A DNA stretch of 64,000 bases from Octopus sinensis (GCF_006345805.1 NC_042997.1:188914001-188978000), one strand, 5' to 3'; counted from the first letter of the stretch, positions 1 to 13,097 are shown. The notes: generated by a model not told the origin, from the sequence alone. Program-made: numbers and translations.

Positions 1-65
1 ATGCAAAATAGAAATGTTGAAGTATTGTCATGTAGTGGTTTATTCCAAAAAAAAAACAAAAAAAC

Positions 66-241
66 ATGTGCAAGCATGACTGTGTTGCAAGGAGCTTGCT
101 TCCCAACCACATAGTTCTGGGTTCAGTCCCACTGCATGGTACCTTAGACAAGTGTCTTCAACTATAGCCTTGGGCTGCCCAAAGCCTTGTGAGTAGATTT
201 AGTTGATGGAAACTGAAAGAAGGCTGTCATATGTATGAGTG

Positions 242-280
<39 letters not shown>

Positions 281-515
281 ATGTATGTATGTATGTATGT
301 ATGTATGTATGTGCGTTTGTGTGTGTTTGTTGATCCCCATCCATTGCTTGACAACTGGTGTTTGTGTATTTATGTCCCTATAACTAAGAGACTAATAAAA
401 TAAGTACCAGACTTAAAAAAAAAAAACAAAAGTGCCAGGGTCTATTCATTTGACTAAAAATCCTTCAAGGCAGTACCCCAGTATGGTTGCAGTCTAATGA
501 CTGAAACAAGTAAAA
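66..515 (+). mobile_element. tRNA-derived CORE-type SINE (family A), diverged copy
   Basis: A/B-box-like head (GGTTCAGTCCC), CORE-like ACCTTAGACAAGTG, internal (TG)n/(TATG)n, and 3' CAGTC..GACTG stem. Same sequence recurs more than 10 times in the window. Confidence 0.8.
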
Positions 516-873
516 CTGTAGAACACTTTATATCTAGAAGTGTTCTACAGTTTTAAATCTATTATTAAGAAAGTTTATAATACAACATTGATGGCATCAA
601 AAATACTTTTATGAAACTAAAAGATGTTATCATCTTGCATAGCATTCATTTAGCAATAATTCAAGAAGTGTCTTACTACCTCAAAAATAGAAAGCCTAGT
701 ATTCAAAATCACGATAGGATCAGCCTAGACAGAACCTGCACAATGATGTGTGAGTGTGTAATAAGATAAATGTAAATACGTATATAAGAAATATCAAATA
801 TGACATTAACAGGAACGAAACTGCAAACAGAAGCTTTCAAAATAAAAGGCAGCGACATGAAGCTCATTTAGTC

Positions 874-1315
874 TTTCAGTTGTTTCAGTCATTTGACTGC
901 GCCCATGCTGGAGTACTGCCTTTAGTCAAGCAAATCGACCCTGGGACTTATTCTTTGTAAGCCTAGTACTTATTCTATCGGTCTCTTTTGCCGAACCACT
1001 AAGTTATGGGGACGTAAACATACCAGCATCGGTTGTCAAGCGATTTTGGGGGGACAAACACAGACACACAAACACATACACACACATACATATATACGGC
1101 GGGCTTCCTTCAGTTTCCGTCTACCAAATCCACTCACAAGGCTTTGGTCGGCCCGAGGCTATAGTAGAAGACACTTGCCTAAGGTACCACGCAGTGGGAC
1201 TGAACCCGGAACCATGTAGTTGGTAAGCAACTTACCACGCAGTGGGACTGAACCCGGAACCATGTAGTTGGTAAGCAACTTACCACACAGTCACTGCTTA
1301 CCACACAGCCACTCC
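874..1315 (-). mobile_element. SINE family A with internal 48-nt tandem duplication
   Basis: Reverse complement of the 53472-53857 copy; unit TACCACGCAGTGG...GCAACT starts at both 1185 and 1233. Confidence 0.85.
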
Positions 1316-1410
1316 TAAACATATATATTTTTCTAACACAAATCTCACCGACCGTCCCACTAAAATACACACTCAACTCCCACCCTTTACCAGAGTATGA
1401 CACTGAGTAC

Positions 1411-2156
1411 GGATCTTTTTCTGTTTGGTTGCCAGCCTCAATTTTCTGTTCGAATTGATCCCATATTCAGTGTAATGATACACTTTCATAGACAGGCTAA
1501 TTAATGGCGTGAAAGTAATTTTCGATATATATCAATAAATAAATAGTTATTAGTAATTAAAGTTTGAAAATTTTGTTAATTTTAGCCAATCGTAAGCCAG
1601 GGACACATTCATGTCTGTTTCGAAAGTAACAAGCGGACACATAAGAATTCTTTTTTGTTATTGCCAAAGTAACAGTCTTTGAAAAGTTTGCGAGGAAGTA
1701 CGTTTTGACAGCAGTCTTGTTTGCTCGTTTCTTTTTGTCATTGAGCATCGAGGTGGTTGTGAGGTGTGCTAAAAATAACAGCTAAATATGATCTTTGCAA
1801 TAAATCTTTTAAATTAAAATTTATTTGCCAATATTTCGTTCAGAGATTTAAAACATATTACCGGAGACATAACACGTGTTGTTTACAAATATAGACAATA
1901 CGTACTATTTTCGGGATGTTGACGACAAAATGTGCAGTCACGCACAAAATGACAGCTTCCAAATCCTGTTTCCTGACTGGTTGTAAATGATCAAACTTTA
2001 AACCTCTATAACTTTTTAAAAACATTTTTCTGAAGAAAAAAATAAATGAAATAACTCCAGCAGTTCAGTTTGGGCAAGTCTATTATTGTGCTAAATTTTA
2101 AAATTTTCGGTAAACTTTAATTTTTGGAGTCACTGGCAACCGAACGGAAAAGATCC
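1411..2156. mobile_element. Non-autonomous DNA transposon with GGATC...GATCC termini (Merlin-like)
   Basis: TIRs GGATCTTTT.CTGTTTGGTTGCCAG / CTGGCAACCGAACGGAAAAGATCC; degenerate 8-bp TSD CTGAGTAC/CTGAACAC. Confidence 0.7.
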
Positions 2157-2446
2157 CTGAACACTCAACGCATCTTCATTTTAGTATATTACAGATAATT
2201 AAAGAAGTAACAATAGTATCACAACTGAACTTTTTACATCCTAAATATCTCACATCAATACACATACACCTCACCAAGCTAACTAAAACAACTTTATCGC
2301 AGGCATCACCTTTACAACTTAACAAACACTTGTAGAAGAAGCTGTAACGGTTGATTAGTCCAAAGTCTGTGAAACGTAAACATGGAAAATAAAAATGTTG
2401 TTTACAGTTTTCATTCGTATTTAGGATCAGTATACAAGGCTGTAGT

Positions 2447-2679
2447 GGGGGCACATGGCCTAGTGGTTAGAGCAGCGGACTCACAGTCGAGGGATCATGG
2501 GTTTGAATCTCAGACCGGGCAATAAGTGTGTTTATGAGTAAAACACGCAGCTCCGGCAGAAGGTAATGGCGAACTTCTGCTGACTCTTTCTCTCACTCTT
2601 TCCTCCTGCATCTTGCAACTCACATGCGACGGAACCTATACGCCAAGGAGAGCCAGGCGTAGATCGAGAAGGAACAAAC
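2447..2679 (+). mobile_element. tRNA-derived SINE (family C), internally deleted
   Basis: Head GGGGGCACATGGCCTAGTGGTTAG with B box; perfect 15-bp TSD ATACAAGGCTGTAGT at 2432-2446 and 2680-2694. Confidence 0.85.
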
Positions 2680-3049
2680 ATACAAGGCTGTAGTAGTCAG
2701 CAGTTTAGTGGTACGATACAAATGAAGCTCGTGCGTCCTTAGGAATATGTCTGGTAGGAAAAGCTGTTTGATAGAAAGCGAAAATATACTGACCGCTAAT
2801 GTTCTCTCCTATGTAAGTTCGAGAACAAAGGAATTTATATGTTTTATCTACCATAACCTTAAAATGACCGTAGAATTTTACTCTAACAAAGGAACAAAGA
2901 TAAGTTTGACAGGTGACCTCGTAAATTTATAAGTACTAACGTCAAAAACAAAGCTAAAGACGTCGTAGGAAAATCTAGGTTAAAGTTTCGATTCTTGGCT
3001 ATGAATCCAAGAAACGATGTCTCCTTAACTTTCCTCTGACCACCTACCA

Positions 3050-4270
3050 ATTATAATCACACTACCAATGCGCGTCAATGTAAAAAGCAAAAACACTTTT
3101 ATAAGCTTGGAAAAAAAGGAGAAAACAAGAAGCCAAATTAGAGAGAAATTTTACCAAGAAATTGAATCTGCTTTTCAAAATTCAATAACATTGCTATACA
3201 CGCGGGCAACAAAATGATTACAGACGCATCCAAAAAGCCAATTCCAACACGACAACATAAAAAAAATATGACCCTAATTACCCATCAGAAATGCCTAATT
3301 TTATAAAAAAAATTCACACCAACAATGGAAATAAAACTCAGCATCAAGCAACTAAACTAAGAAAAAAAACTTTTTTTCGCCCTTTTCAAGCCGAGCCAGG
3401 CTCATGGGCCCGGTTTCCCGGTTTCTGTGGCGTATGTGTTCCCCCATCCCAGCTGGATGGGACGCCAGTCCATCGCAGCGTTACTCAAGAAACAGGAAGA
3501 GGGAGTGAGAGAAAGTTGTGGCGAAAGAGTACAACAGAGGTCGCCACCAACCCCTGCCGGAGCCTCGTGGAGCTTTTAGGTGTTTTCGCTCAATAAACAT
3601 ACACAACGCTCGGTCTGGGAATCGAAACCGCGATCCTCCGACTCTGCTGCCCTAACCAGTGGGCCATTGCGCCTCCGAACTAAGAACTAACAGAAAAAAT
3701 AAATAGAAAAATAGAAAACCAAGGAGCAATTGTATCCAATGTAAACCGCAAAACAAGCAGTAACACACTATTTAGAGCATTCCCACTACCATCACCAACA
3801 ATGGTTACACCACACCATGTGTCTCAATGATAACGTTTAAATAACACGTTCACAGTGCAACACGAAAATAACGTCTTGGTCAAACATTTCTCAAAAATCA
3901 ATCACCAAAATCTATTCAAAGAAGACATAACATATAACAAACAATACACTCTTTCTACCTTGACCATCGTTTTGAATTCTTTCCCCATTAAAAATCCAAA
4001 AGACAATTGGTAAATGTGAAAACTCAAAGGGCCTCAAGGCCAGACAAAATGACAAAAATGCATATACGACATATAGGTACTTGAAGAATTTTACATACAT
4101 TAACATTCACCACTGTCAAATTCTCAGATTCTGGGAACTTGCAAAAGTCACAATTCTAAAGCCCAACAAAAAACACAAGTGAAGTAACATCATACAAATC
4201 CATAATTCTTTATGTAAAAACTAAAAAATTCTAGAAAGGCTAACCATTCATTTGTCCAAATCACAATACT
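3050..4270 (+). mobile_element. Highly degraded non-LTR retrotransposon (I/Jockey-like) RT N-terminal region
   Basis: Broken frames give NSKASRPDKMT and WELAKVTILKPNK...KFLERL, the conserved KAPGPD / W..A.V..I.KP.K / KILER RT motifs, at about 4020-4245. Confidence 0.55.
3364..3677 (-). mobile_element. tRNA-derived SINE (family C) with V/Meta-like central domain
   Basis: Minus strand carries a tRNA head and TGCGATGGACTGGCGTCCCATCCAG; TSD AACTAAGAA at 3355-3363 and 3678-3686. Confidence 0.8.
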
Positions 4271-5682
4271 GGACACCGATATAGACCACAACATTCAAAC
4301 GTCCGACAATCCACCGATTTTGGTTATCACCCGTCCTAGTCAACTCCTCAGCTTCACTTAATTGACCGTTCTTCCCCCACCTGATTTAGGCCAACGACAG
4401 AAATCATTATTATTACTATAAGGGTAGGACAGCGAGCTCACTCTTTATACTTTGCACTGTTTCTTGCGGTTCTTTACATTCTGAGTTCAAATCTCGCCAA
4501 GGTAAACCTTGCTTTTCAAGATCGATAAAAAGCAAGTATCAATAGATTAACACTGCCCTTACATCTTGTATCTTGTATGTTTTTGCATGCAGAATTCAAA
4601 AATAATGTCAAATTATCTGTATCACCCAAAGTTTCTCTGTTCCACGATATCCCTCTCAGTTCCTGTTACGTGGGCTAAATTTCAGTTAAGCTGTTGAAAT
4701 GTGAAGCTAACGGTTAAAGAAATACTCCGAATTAAAATTTTCATGAACAGAATTAACCTAGTGAAATCATAAAACCAGCTAAGTCAACGAGTCCCAAAAA
4801 TATATGAAATGAAAAATATGTAAAAATACTAAGTGTGAAAAATCAACATAGACAACTGTAGCACAGACAACAGTGAACCACAACACAGCGTGTAGTTGTT
4901 ATGGTAACAAGTTGTTAATGTCACGCTGTCTGTTGATTGGCTAAAATCACCCAAATTTCCCGACTTTAATTCCACGTAACATCAAATTCTTTAATTTACG
5001 AGATGAAGTAATTGGTTGATCGTAATCAAAGTACAGAGTTGCATCGATACCCCAAAATTGAAAGCAATCTGAGCAAAATTAAGTGGGGCTCATTTTGTGA
5101 ATGAGAAACTAGATCCCATCTCCTGCTCAGTATACCAACATCACTTAATATATTGAGTAGGGAGCTGACCTCATGGTATATAATGCTCACCACCGCAATT
5201 ATATCCTTCCTCAACTCCTGATATAATCGTAGAACCTATGACTATATCAGTGGTTTCAGCTCAACTAAAATTTTCCTTTTCACTTCATTTCCAACACTAC
5301 TTTCGAGAGACAGATTTTTTGAGTTGTAGACTTAATCTGACGCCCAGTTTAACACCGTCACATGGCTGTAAAGTGTCTTTTCACAGAGTACACCCTGTTT
5401 CAAGTATTTGATCCTAATCTTCTAATTTTCCCGTACTCAAAATAGACGTTTTTGTGCTTGGTCAAAACAAAAGAAGTGAGCGAACAAGGGAACTTTTGCA
5501 TGGTTGTTAGACCAGCTAGAAAACACAACCAGGCCTGCCTTCAATAATTTCCTACTGTCTTTTAAAAAAAGACACATGGAATAACATAATTGTATATACA
5601 GTGTTCGAAGCAAGAAGAAAAACCATATAGTCATGGCTGGAAAGCTTTTGATCGGAGGACTCGTGCATCAGGGTTGATCTGG

Positions 5683-6012
5683 GGATCTTTTCGCTTTGAC
5701 CGGAAGATTTTAAAAATAAGTTATTTTTAACTAAACACAATAGCAGTGACATACTGACTGCGCACCACCGGTTGTTGTTGTTGACAAAATAACACAGAAA
5801 CAGTATTTACCTCAATACACGTCATTGATTGGTTGAAATTGCCGAAATTCAAGAAATTAAGCAAGAAATAGCTTACAAACTACACAATTTTCTCAAGAAG
5901 GCCAAGAGAAAAAGATGTTTTATTTGACACATTCTACCAGTATACGAAGTTTAAAAGTGTTTAGTTACAAATAACTTATTTTTAAAATCTGCCGGTCAAA
6001 GCGAAAAGATCC
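5683..6012. mobile_element. GGATC-terminus MITE (Merlin-like)
   Basis: Long TIRs GGATCTTTTCGCTTTGACCGG.AGATTTTAAAAATAAGTTAT; perfect 8-bp TSD TGATCTGG; an empty-site-like sequence CAGGGTTGATCTGGG occurs at about 6736. Confidence 0.85.
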
Positions 6013-6643
6013 TGATCTGGGACTAAATAACACCACCACCAAAAACGAAAGGTAGTGTCTGGTTGAGAGAATGGTAAATGGTGAAAGTAGTACAGTAAGA
6101 ATACAGAGTCTCTATTCTTTGGGAGCAAACGTACAACAACGGCGAATTTCGACAGTTTCAATTACTCCACTGACGTCAGACCATACAAGCTTTTTAGTTC
6201 AACTAATTTCGGGTATTGCCCTTTATCTGGGCGAGAAGGAAAAGAGCGACATACTTTATCTTTCACCGTCCGTCTGTTTCTGTTTGAGAAAGTGATGTAG
6301 CTTGGACAGTAAAAAAAAACCCAGAAAATCTCTTGGTAACCGAATTCGTTTTACAGCTTTCATTCTAGTATTGTAGTTATTTAAGTTTCACGCGCGCGAG
6401 CGTGTATGTGTTGTGAGAAAGCGAGAAATAGGAAGAGAAAGAGAGAAACACAAATATTAGGCACAAACATTCTCATATACCCAGTACTGCGCGTGAGCCC
6501 AGGAGGGCGCGTCTGCTTTTCCTTGGCTTGCTAGAAATAGCAACCAAATCCCACCCTACTTAATTCAAATCATATGTTGCCGTCTTAACGAACAAGAGAG
6601 ACACATTGGATAATGTAAATCCTAGATATCATATATCTGATCG

Positions 6644-6675
<32 letters not shown>

Positions 6676-6894
6676 CGGGTTAAATAAGGAGGTGGTCTCG
6701 ACTGGCATACTTTTGATCATATGGAACTGCTCAGTCAGGGTTGATCTGGGGGACTAAACAACAATAACAAGAAGACAAACAATATTACCCGTAGTAGGAA
6801 ACATTCTTTCCATGGAGACCGATTTGGCCTGTCGGTGAATCTGGTGTGAGTGGGCGAGGCGAGGCGGAAAGCCACGGAATTTAACCTTCTTTTA

Positions 6895-7348
6895 TATATG
6901 TGTGTGTGTATGTATGTATGAATGGTGTGTATGTATGTATGAATGTATGAATGGTGTGTATGTATGTATATATGAATGGTGTGTATGTATGGATGTATGT
7001 ATGAATGGTGTGTATGTATGGATGTTTGTATGTATGAATGGTGTGTATGTATGTATGTATGAATGGTGTGTATGTATGAATGTATGTATGAATGGTGTGT
7101 ATGTATGGATGTTTGTATGTATGTATGTATGAATGGTGTGTATGTATGAATGGTGTGTGTGTGTGTATGTATGTATGAATGTATGTATGTATGTATGTAT
7201 GAATGGTGCGTATATATATATGTATGAATGGTGTGTATGTATGTTTATATGTATGTATGCATGAACCTGTGTGTGTATGTGTGTAAGAGTATGCGTGTAT
7301 ACGTATATAACACACAGCTAAAGGAGATTATATATATCCATCCATCCG

Positions 7349-7424
<76 letters not shown>

Positions 7425-7454
7425 GATACATACATACATACACACACATACATG

Positions 7455-7499
<45 letters not shown>

Positions 7500-7553
7500 T
7501 ATATATATATGTGCGTATATGTACGTGCGTGTATATATATGTATGTATGTGTA

Positions 7554-7618
<65 letters not shown>

Positions 7619-8020
7619 GTACCTATCTATATCTCTGTTTCTATCTATCTAGATACATACATACACATATATGTCTGTGTATATATGTGTGTATATATAC
7701 GTGCGTGTATATATATGTATGTGTATGCATGAGTGTATGTACCTATCTATATGTGTATATCTATCTATCTAGCTACATACGTACATACACTCATTTATTC
7801 ATACATATACATACATACACATATAATATCTGTGTATGTATATGTACGTGCGTGTATATATATATGTATGTATGTGTATGCATAAGTGTCTGTATGCATA
7901 TATGTATGTACTTATCTATATCTGTGCATATCTATCTATCTATCTACACATACATAAGCATAAAAAGGTTTTATACATCCACATACATACATACATACAC
8001 ACACATACATACATATGTAT
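6895..8020. repeat. Compound microsatellite/minisatellite (TGTA, ATGAATGGTGTGT, TCTA, TA)
   Basis: Direct reading; explains the H/T/Y/I-rich spurious ORFs. Confidence 0.95.
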
Positions 8021-8364
8021 ATTCTCATTTACTTGCTAATTTCTCTTTTTTTTTCTTTTTTCCTTTTCTTTTTTCAACTTGTGAAACAGAAAGGAATTCG
8101 TAGAAAAAAAACTCAGTCGGTGTCAACTTCAGGTTAACGGACGTAACGACCCACTTTTGAAGTGCTTTATTTGTTGATCTTAGAAAGAAATAGCTCACTT
8201 GTATGTTTGTGTCTATTGCCCCAGTAAAGCCACCCTGAAATGTAAGGAAAAGCAACGTTGCTGCTTTTGTGTTGTGGACTTTTTTTTGAATATTAAACAT
8301 TGACTTGGCTTGACTCTTTGTCGTGGGAGTGTAAAACGAGTTGATCGTAGCGGAAGGGTCAAAT

Positions 8365-8655
<291 letters not shown>

Positions 8656-8656
8656 A

Positions 8657-9080
8657 AGGCGGCGAGCTGGCAGAAACGTTAGCACGCCGGGCGAAATGCT
8701 TAGAGGTACTTCACTTCGTCTGCCGCTAACGTTCTGAGTTCAAATTCCGCTCAAAGGTCGACTTTGCCTTTCATCCTTTCGGGGTCGATAAATTAAGTAC
8801 CAGTTACGCACTGGGGTCGATGTAGTCGACTTAATCCCTTTGTCTGTCCTTGTTTGTCCTCTCTGTGTTTAATCCCTTGTAGGTAGTAAAGAAATAGGTA
8901 TTTCGTCTGTCGTTACGTTCTGAGTTCAAATTCCGCCGAGGTCGACTTTGCCTTTCATCCTTTCGGGGTCGATAAATAAAGTACCAGTTATGCACTCAGA
9001 TCGATGTAATCGACTTGATCCCTTTGTTTGTCCTTGTTTGTCCCCTCTATGTTTAGCCCCTTTTGGGCAGTAAAGAAAAA
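8657..9080 (+). mobile_element. tRNA-derived SINE with Nin/Deu-like domain (family B), tandem dimer
   Basis: Head GGCGGCGAGCTGGCAGAAACGTTAG; domain GCCTTTCATCCTTTCGGGGTCGATAAATTAAGTACC occurs twice; the second unit lacks the head. Confidence 0.85.
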
Positions 9081-9082
9081 AA

Positions 9083-9128
<46 letters not shown>

Positions 9129-9303
9129 GATTAAGTAAGAGGAAACGGATCCTGCGTCAGTATCGACGATGAGCGTTTAGTTGTTCGATCAACTAAATTT
9201 TAACATTAGCACACACACGTACACACGACGGGCTTCTTTCAGCTTCCGCCTACCAATTCCACTCACAAAGCCTTAGTCAGCCTGAGGCTACTTGCAGACT
9301 TTG

Positions 9304-9852
9304 TAACCTCCGCATTAGCGAAGGCGGAGGTATCGTTTTCAGCCGCGTTTGTTTGTTTATCCGTGGACAAGATATCTCAAGAATTGCTGGATGGATTCGG
9401 ATGAAACTTTCAGGAATGTTTGGACTCATGACTGGCACGAACTGATTAGATTTTGGGATCGATCTGGCACTGGACAGTTTTAGGGTTAGTGTTGCGGAAA
9501 AAAGTCAAAATTGAAGAAGTTGGGGGGAAGGGGAAAAATTTTTACAATGCAGATTTTTGGCAATTTTCCGGAATCTCCGTATCCAAAAACGGGGATTTTT
9601 GGCAAAAAAAAAAAAAAAAAATTTAAATAAGCAAATTTGGGAGAAAATGGGCGGAAGTCTTTCCGACAAGGATTCAGGATTATTTTTCCGGATTTTTAAA
9701 TATAATTTTTGAGAGCAGTCGGGTTCATTTTTAGTATTCTCGCTTCTGAGAACAGTAGAGTTTATTTCAGAAATTCTCATTTCAAAAATCATCTCGGGCT
9801 AATTGTTGGTGTTGCCTTCGTAGAGGTTTGTGTTCTCTGAGTGCTCTTGTTA
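9304..9852 (+). mobile_element. Helentron-associated (HINE/DINE-1-like) non-autonomous element with internal insertion
   Basis: 5' hairpin ACCTCCGC..GCGGAGGT, (GTTT)n block, 3' subterminal repeat and CTCTGAGTGC..TT end; about 9477-9668 is an inverted copy of about 52650-52830. Confidence 0.6.
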
Positions 9853-10010
9853 GAATTACTTTTAAAAAAATTATTTATTAGATTTTATTCTTAAAAATAT
9901 ATACTACATAAACTTTGCTCTGTTAAGTACATCAAGAACTTGAATCTACAGAAGTATGTAAGACAAGAGATTATGACCAAGAACTGTGTCCTAATTTCCA
10001 TTTGTTTTCT

Positions 10011-10611
10011 GGCAGATTTAGAAAATAATTTTTTGTAACTAAACACTTTCAAACTTCGTATACTGGCAGAATGTGTCATATAAAACATCTTTTACTCTTA
10101 GAATTTTTGAGAACCAATCAATGACGTGTATTCAGCTGAATAAAATTACTGCTGTTGTTTGTCAACAACTATCGGCAATGTATATTTCGTTTGTCAATAT
10201 TATTTATGACATCGTTTGTGTATTTGTACTGGTTTTAGCTTTAAGGTTTTAGGGTTAGAGTAACGGGAAAAAATGAAAAATGAAGCACGAATGATTATGG
10301 TGATGCCATGAAGTAAACATGCTTCAGATACACTCGTTTATTCATACAAACATAACTGAGATTAAATATGTCATAAATAACAGTGACAAACGAAATATAC
10401 TCCACCGGAAGTTGTTGAACGTCATTGATTGGTTGAAATTACCGAAATACGACAACTTTAAAATGAAATAACTTCGTATGTATAGACTTTTCTCAAAAAC
10501 GCTAACAGTAAAAGATGTTTTATATGACACATTCTACCAGTATACGAAGTTTGAAAGTGTTTAGTTACAAAAAATTATTTTCTAAATCTGCCGGTCAAAA
10601 GATAAAGATCC
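10011..10611. mobile_element. GGATC-family MITE with about 85-bp inverted arms, left tip missing
   Basis: 10011-10097 is the reverse complement of about 10507-10592; right end GGTCAAAAGATAAAGATCC matches the 5683 and 23444 elements. Confidence 0.8.
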
Positions 10612-11394
10612 GTTTTTCTTTTTACTTCTTTCATTCTAATGGTAGTGAAGCAGGCACTTCCTTTGCCCTGCAACAATTGAAGATGATATGACAACATCAG
10701 TCATTGGAAGCGATCCTCTTCTGTACTGCTTGATTAATTATTCGAATGACTAGTGCGCACCCTGTTTTGTTGAATATTCCAATCCCTCAGTTAATATCTG
10801 ATGATTCGGCTGTTCTTACTGCTTTCAGACGCTATCGTGGCTAGACGGGGTAGGGAGGAGGAAGTGGTCCACCCCATGGAGCACTTTTATGAGGGCGGCA
10901 CCACTTTGGGGTCTGCTGTAGGTAATATGCATTTTTTGTTGGGACCCGGGGGCGGAAAAATGAAGGGTCACCCCGGGTGGCACACACTCCAGCTATGCTA
11001 ATGCCTTCAGATCGTTAGTGTCCATTTTTATAGCATAGTGTAGGGCAGGATTCGTGGCAGACAAACTGTAGACAGATACTTCGCTGTGGGTTAGCTAGAA
11101 AGTTGGTCAGCAGGAAAGAAAAAGACTTCCGGGGGGAGAATGAAAAGACAGAAGAATGTCAGTAGCGAGCGTGGAACGAATCTGAGTGAACTATACAAAA
11201 ATAACTGACGACTTAAGCCCTATTGTACCTAAAGTAATAAACCTTTTGGTAAATGTATTCTCGTCTCTACTAGTTTGTTTGCGTATAGCTTAACAAAGCT
11301 ATAACTAGTGAGAGTTTACGCAAAAAACAAAAGACGAAGACAGGTGGTGTACAAAACAAACAGATGTATTAGTATAACGCTCAGGAATAGAAAA

Positions 11395-11436
11395 GTCTTT
11401 TACGTTTCGAGTCTACGCTCTTCTACAGAAAGGGAC
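11395..11436 (-). ncRNA. Minimal hammerhead ribozyme-like motif (copy 1)
   Basis: Minus strand GUCCCUUU-CUGUAGAA-GAGC GUAG ACUC-GAAA-CGUA-AAAGAC; one mismatch in stem II. Confidence 0.5.
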
Positions 11437-11736
11437 ACAGAAAAAAACAAGGCGAGAGAGAAGCGGGTTTTTTTAAAATGAGTAAAGAGAGGTTAATGGA
11501 CGGCTGAAAGCAGTGGGAAGGAAGTAAGCAGAGGTATTGTTTTAGGCAATGGTGAAGAGTGAGGAGGTAGGATTTCCAGTGGAGAAGTTCGTAGTGGTAA
11601 GAAAAGATAGGATCAACATGTGCGACCACGTAAGCGTGTGATATATATAGGGAGAGTTTACGAAAAAAACAAAGACGAAGACAGGTGGTGTAGAAAACAA
11701 ACAGATGTATTAGTATAACGCTCAGGAATAGAAAAA

Positions 11737-11778
11737 GTCTTTTACGTTTCGAGCCTACGCTCTTCTACAGAAAGGGAC
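11737..11778 (-). ncRNA. Minimal hammerhead ribozyme-like motif (copy 2)
   Basis: Minus strand GUCCCUUU-CUGUAGAA-GAGC GUAG GCUC-GAAA-CGUA-AAAGAC: stem I CUUU/AAAG, perfect 4-bp stem II, palindromic ACGU stem III, GUA cleavage triplet. Confidence 0.6.
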
Positions 11779-13097
11779 ACAAAAAAAAAAAACAAGGAGA
11801 GAGAGTGAACCCGACGATAGAATAATAGCTCCCGCTACCGAAACAAACATGGCTAGCAACAAAACACCACTGAGGCTACCACAGTTCTGGTCTCAGAGGG
11901 CTGAGCTGTGGCTCGCGCAGGCGTTAGCTCAATTTGAAATAAACAAGATAACGGCCGACCTAACAAAGTACTCGCACGTTGTGGCGGCACTAGACGAAGA
12001 CACGGCAACGAGGGTGCTGGACATTTTAACCCATCCCCCACCAACAAAAAATACGCCATATTGAAAGATAGGCTAGTGGATACATTCCGATGCAGTGAAA
12101 GAGAAGCGGCAGCCAGGATACCGGAGGGGGAATTAGGCGATTCCAAGCCTTCAGAACTGATCGACAGGATGTTGGTATTAGTTCCCCCCACCCGGTGAGT
12201 CACCTTCCTTTTTGTTTAAAGAAATATTCCTCCGCAAGCTGCCACTCCAGGTCCAGGCCCTCATTACTCAGACCGAAATCAAGCACCTGCGGCAATCAGC
12301 AAAGGCAGCCGACAGGCATTTTTTATCCAGTGGTGTCTGGTCAACGCCATAGGGTCGGCTCCGAGACGGGGTAGGGTTAAGCATAATGACCTGTGCCTCT
12401 ACCATGCAAAGTTTGGAAAAAAGGCGACAAAATGTAAACAACCATGTAACTTTCGGACCCATTCAGTGACTCAGGGAAACTCCAGGGCCGGTCGCTATTG
12501 AACACCCTGGTGGCCGGCAGACACGACCAAATGCTCCTCTATGTCAGCGATTGCAGCTCCGGACGCAGGTTCCTCATCGACACAGGAGCAGAAGTTAGCG
12601 TGATCCCGACGTCGGCAAGGGACCTCCGTCACAGAAAGCGTAGCCAACCTTTAACAGCCGCCAATATGACGTTGTGTCATATTATGCCCTCCTTGCATAT
12701 ATCAATGGGTACATGCAGTGTTACTAATCTCAGTCTGAGCACAGGTATCTAATGTTAGCTCCATATAGAGATAGTGCTTAATTGATCTATGAGGATGGTG
12801 GAAGGGGGAATGTTGTGCTTATGTGAGACTTACCATGCTGTACTCACTGAGTGGCATACACCATTCTATGCCTGACTGGCTGTACTGTAGCAGTATACAG
12901 TATGTAGATTTCCATGCTGAGCTCTGATTGGCCGTATACAAATGAGTTCATTACTGGGGTCCGAAACTCTCGTGGGGAAAAAAAATCTCGCGATCCGGTC
13001 TGTTGTTTCTGCATTACAGGTTACAATTATCTCCGCCTTTTCAACTTAAATATGACCCACGTCTGGCTGCGTGATCTCTCAGTTTCTATATCTTCCG

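Larger units (their letters stand above)
11311..11807 (-). mobile_element. Penelope-like pseudo-LTR tandem repeat (two approx. 150-bp copies) inserted in the Gypsy PBS
   Basis: Direct repeats about 11310-11460 and 11650-11805; the same end (CTCCC next to (TA)n) recurs inverted at about 27697-27785; each copy has a hammerhead-like motif. Confidence 0.65.
11039..12667 (+). mobile_element. Ty3/Gypsy LTR retrotransposon 5' remnant (LTR, interrupted PBS, gag, protease)
   Basis: LTR begins TGTAG with AATAAA at about 11235; gag LRLPQFW...WLAQ (ATG 11849); CLYHAKFGKKATKCKQPCNF motif; slippery GGGAAAC 12474-12480; protease FLIDTGAEVS; frameshifted. Confidence 0.9.
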
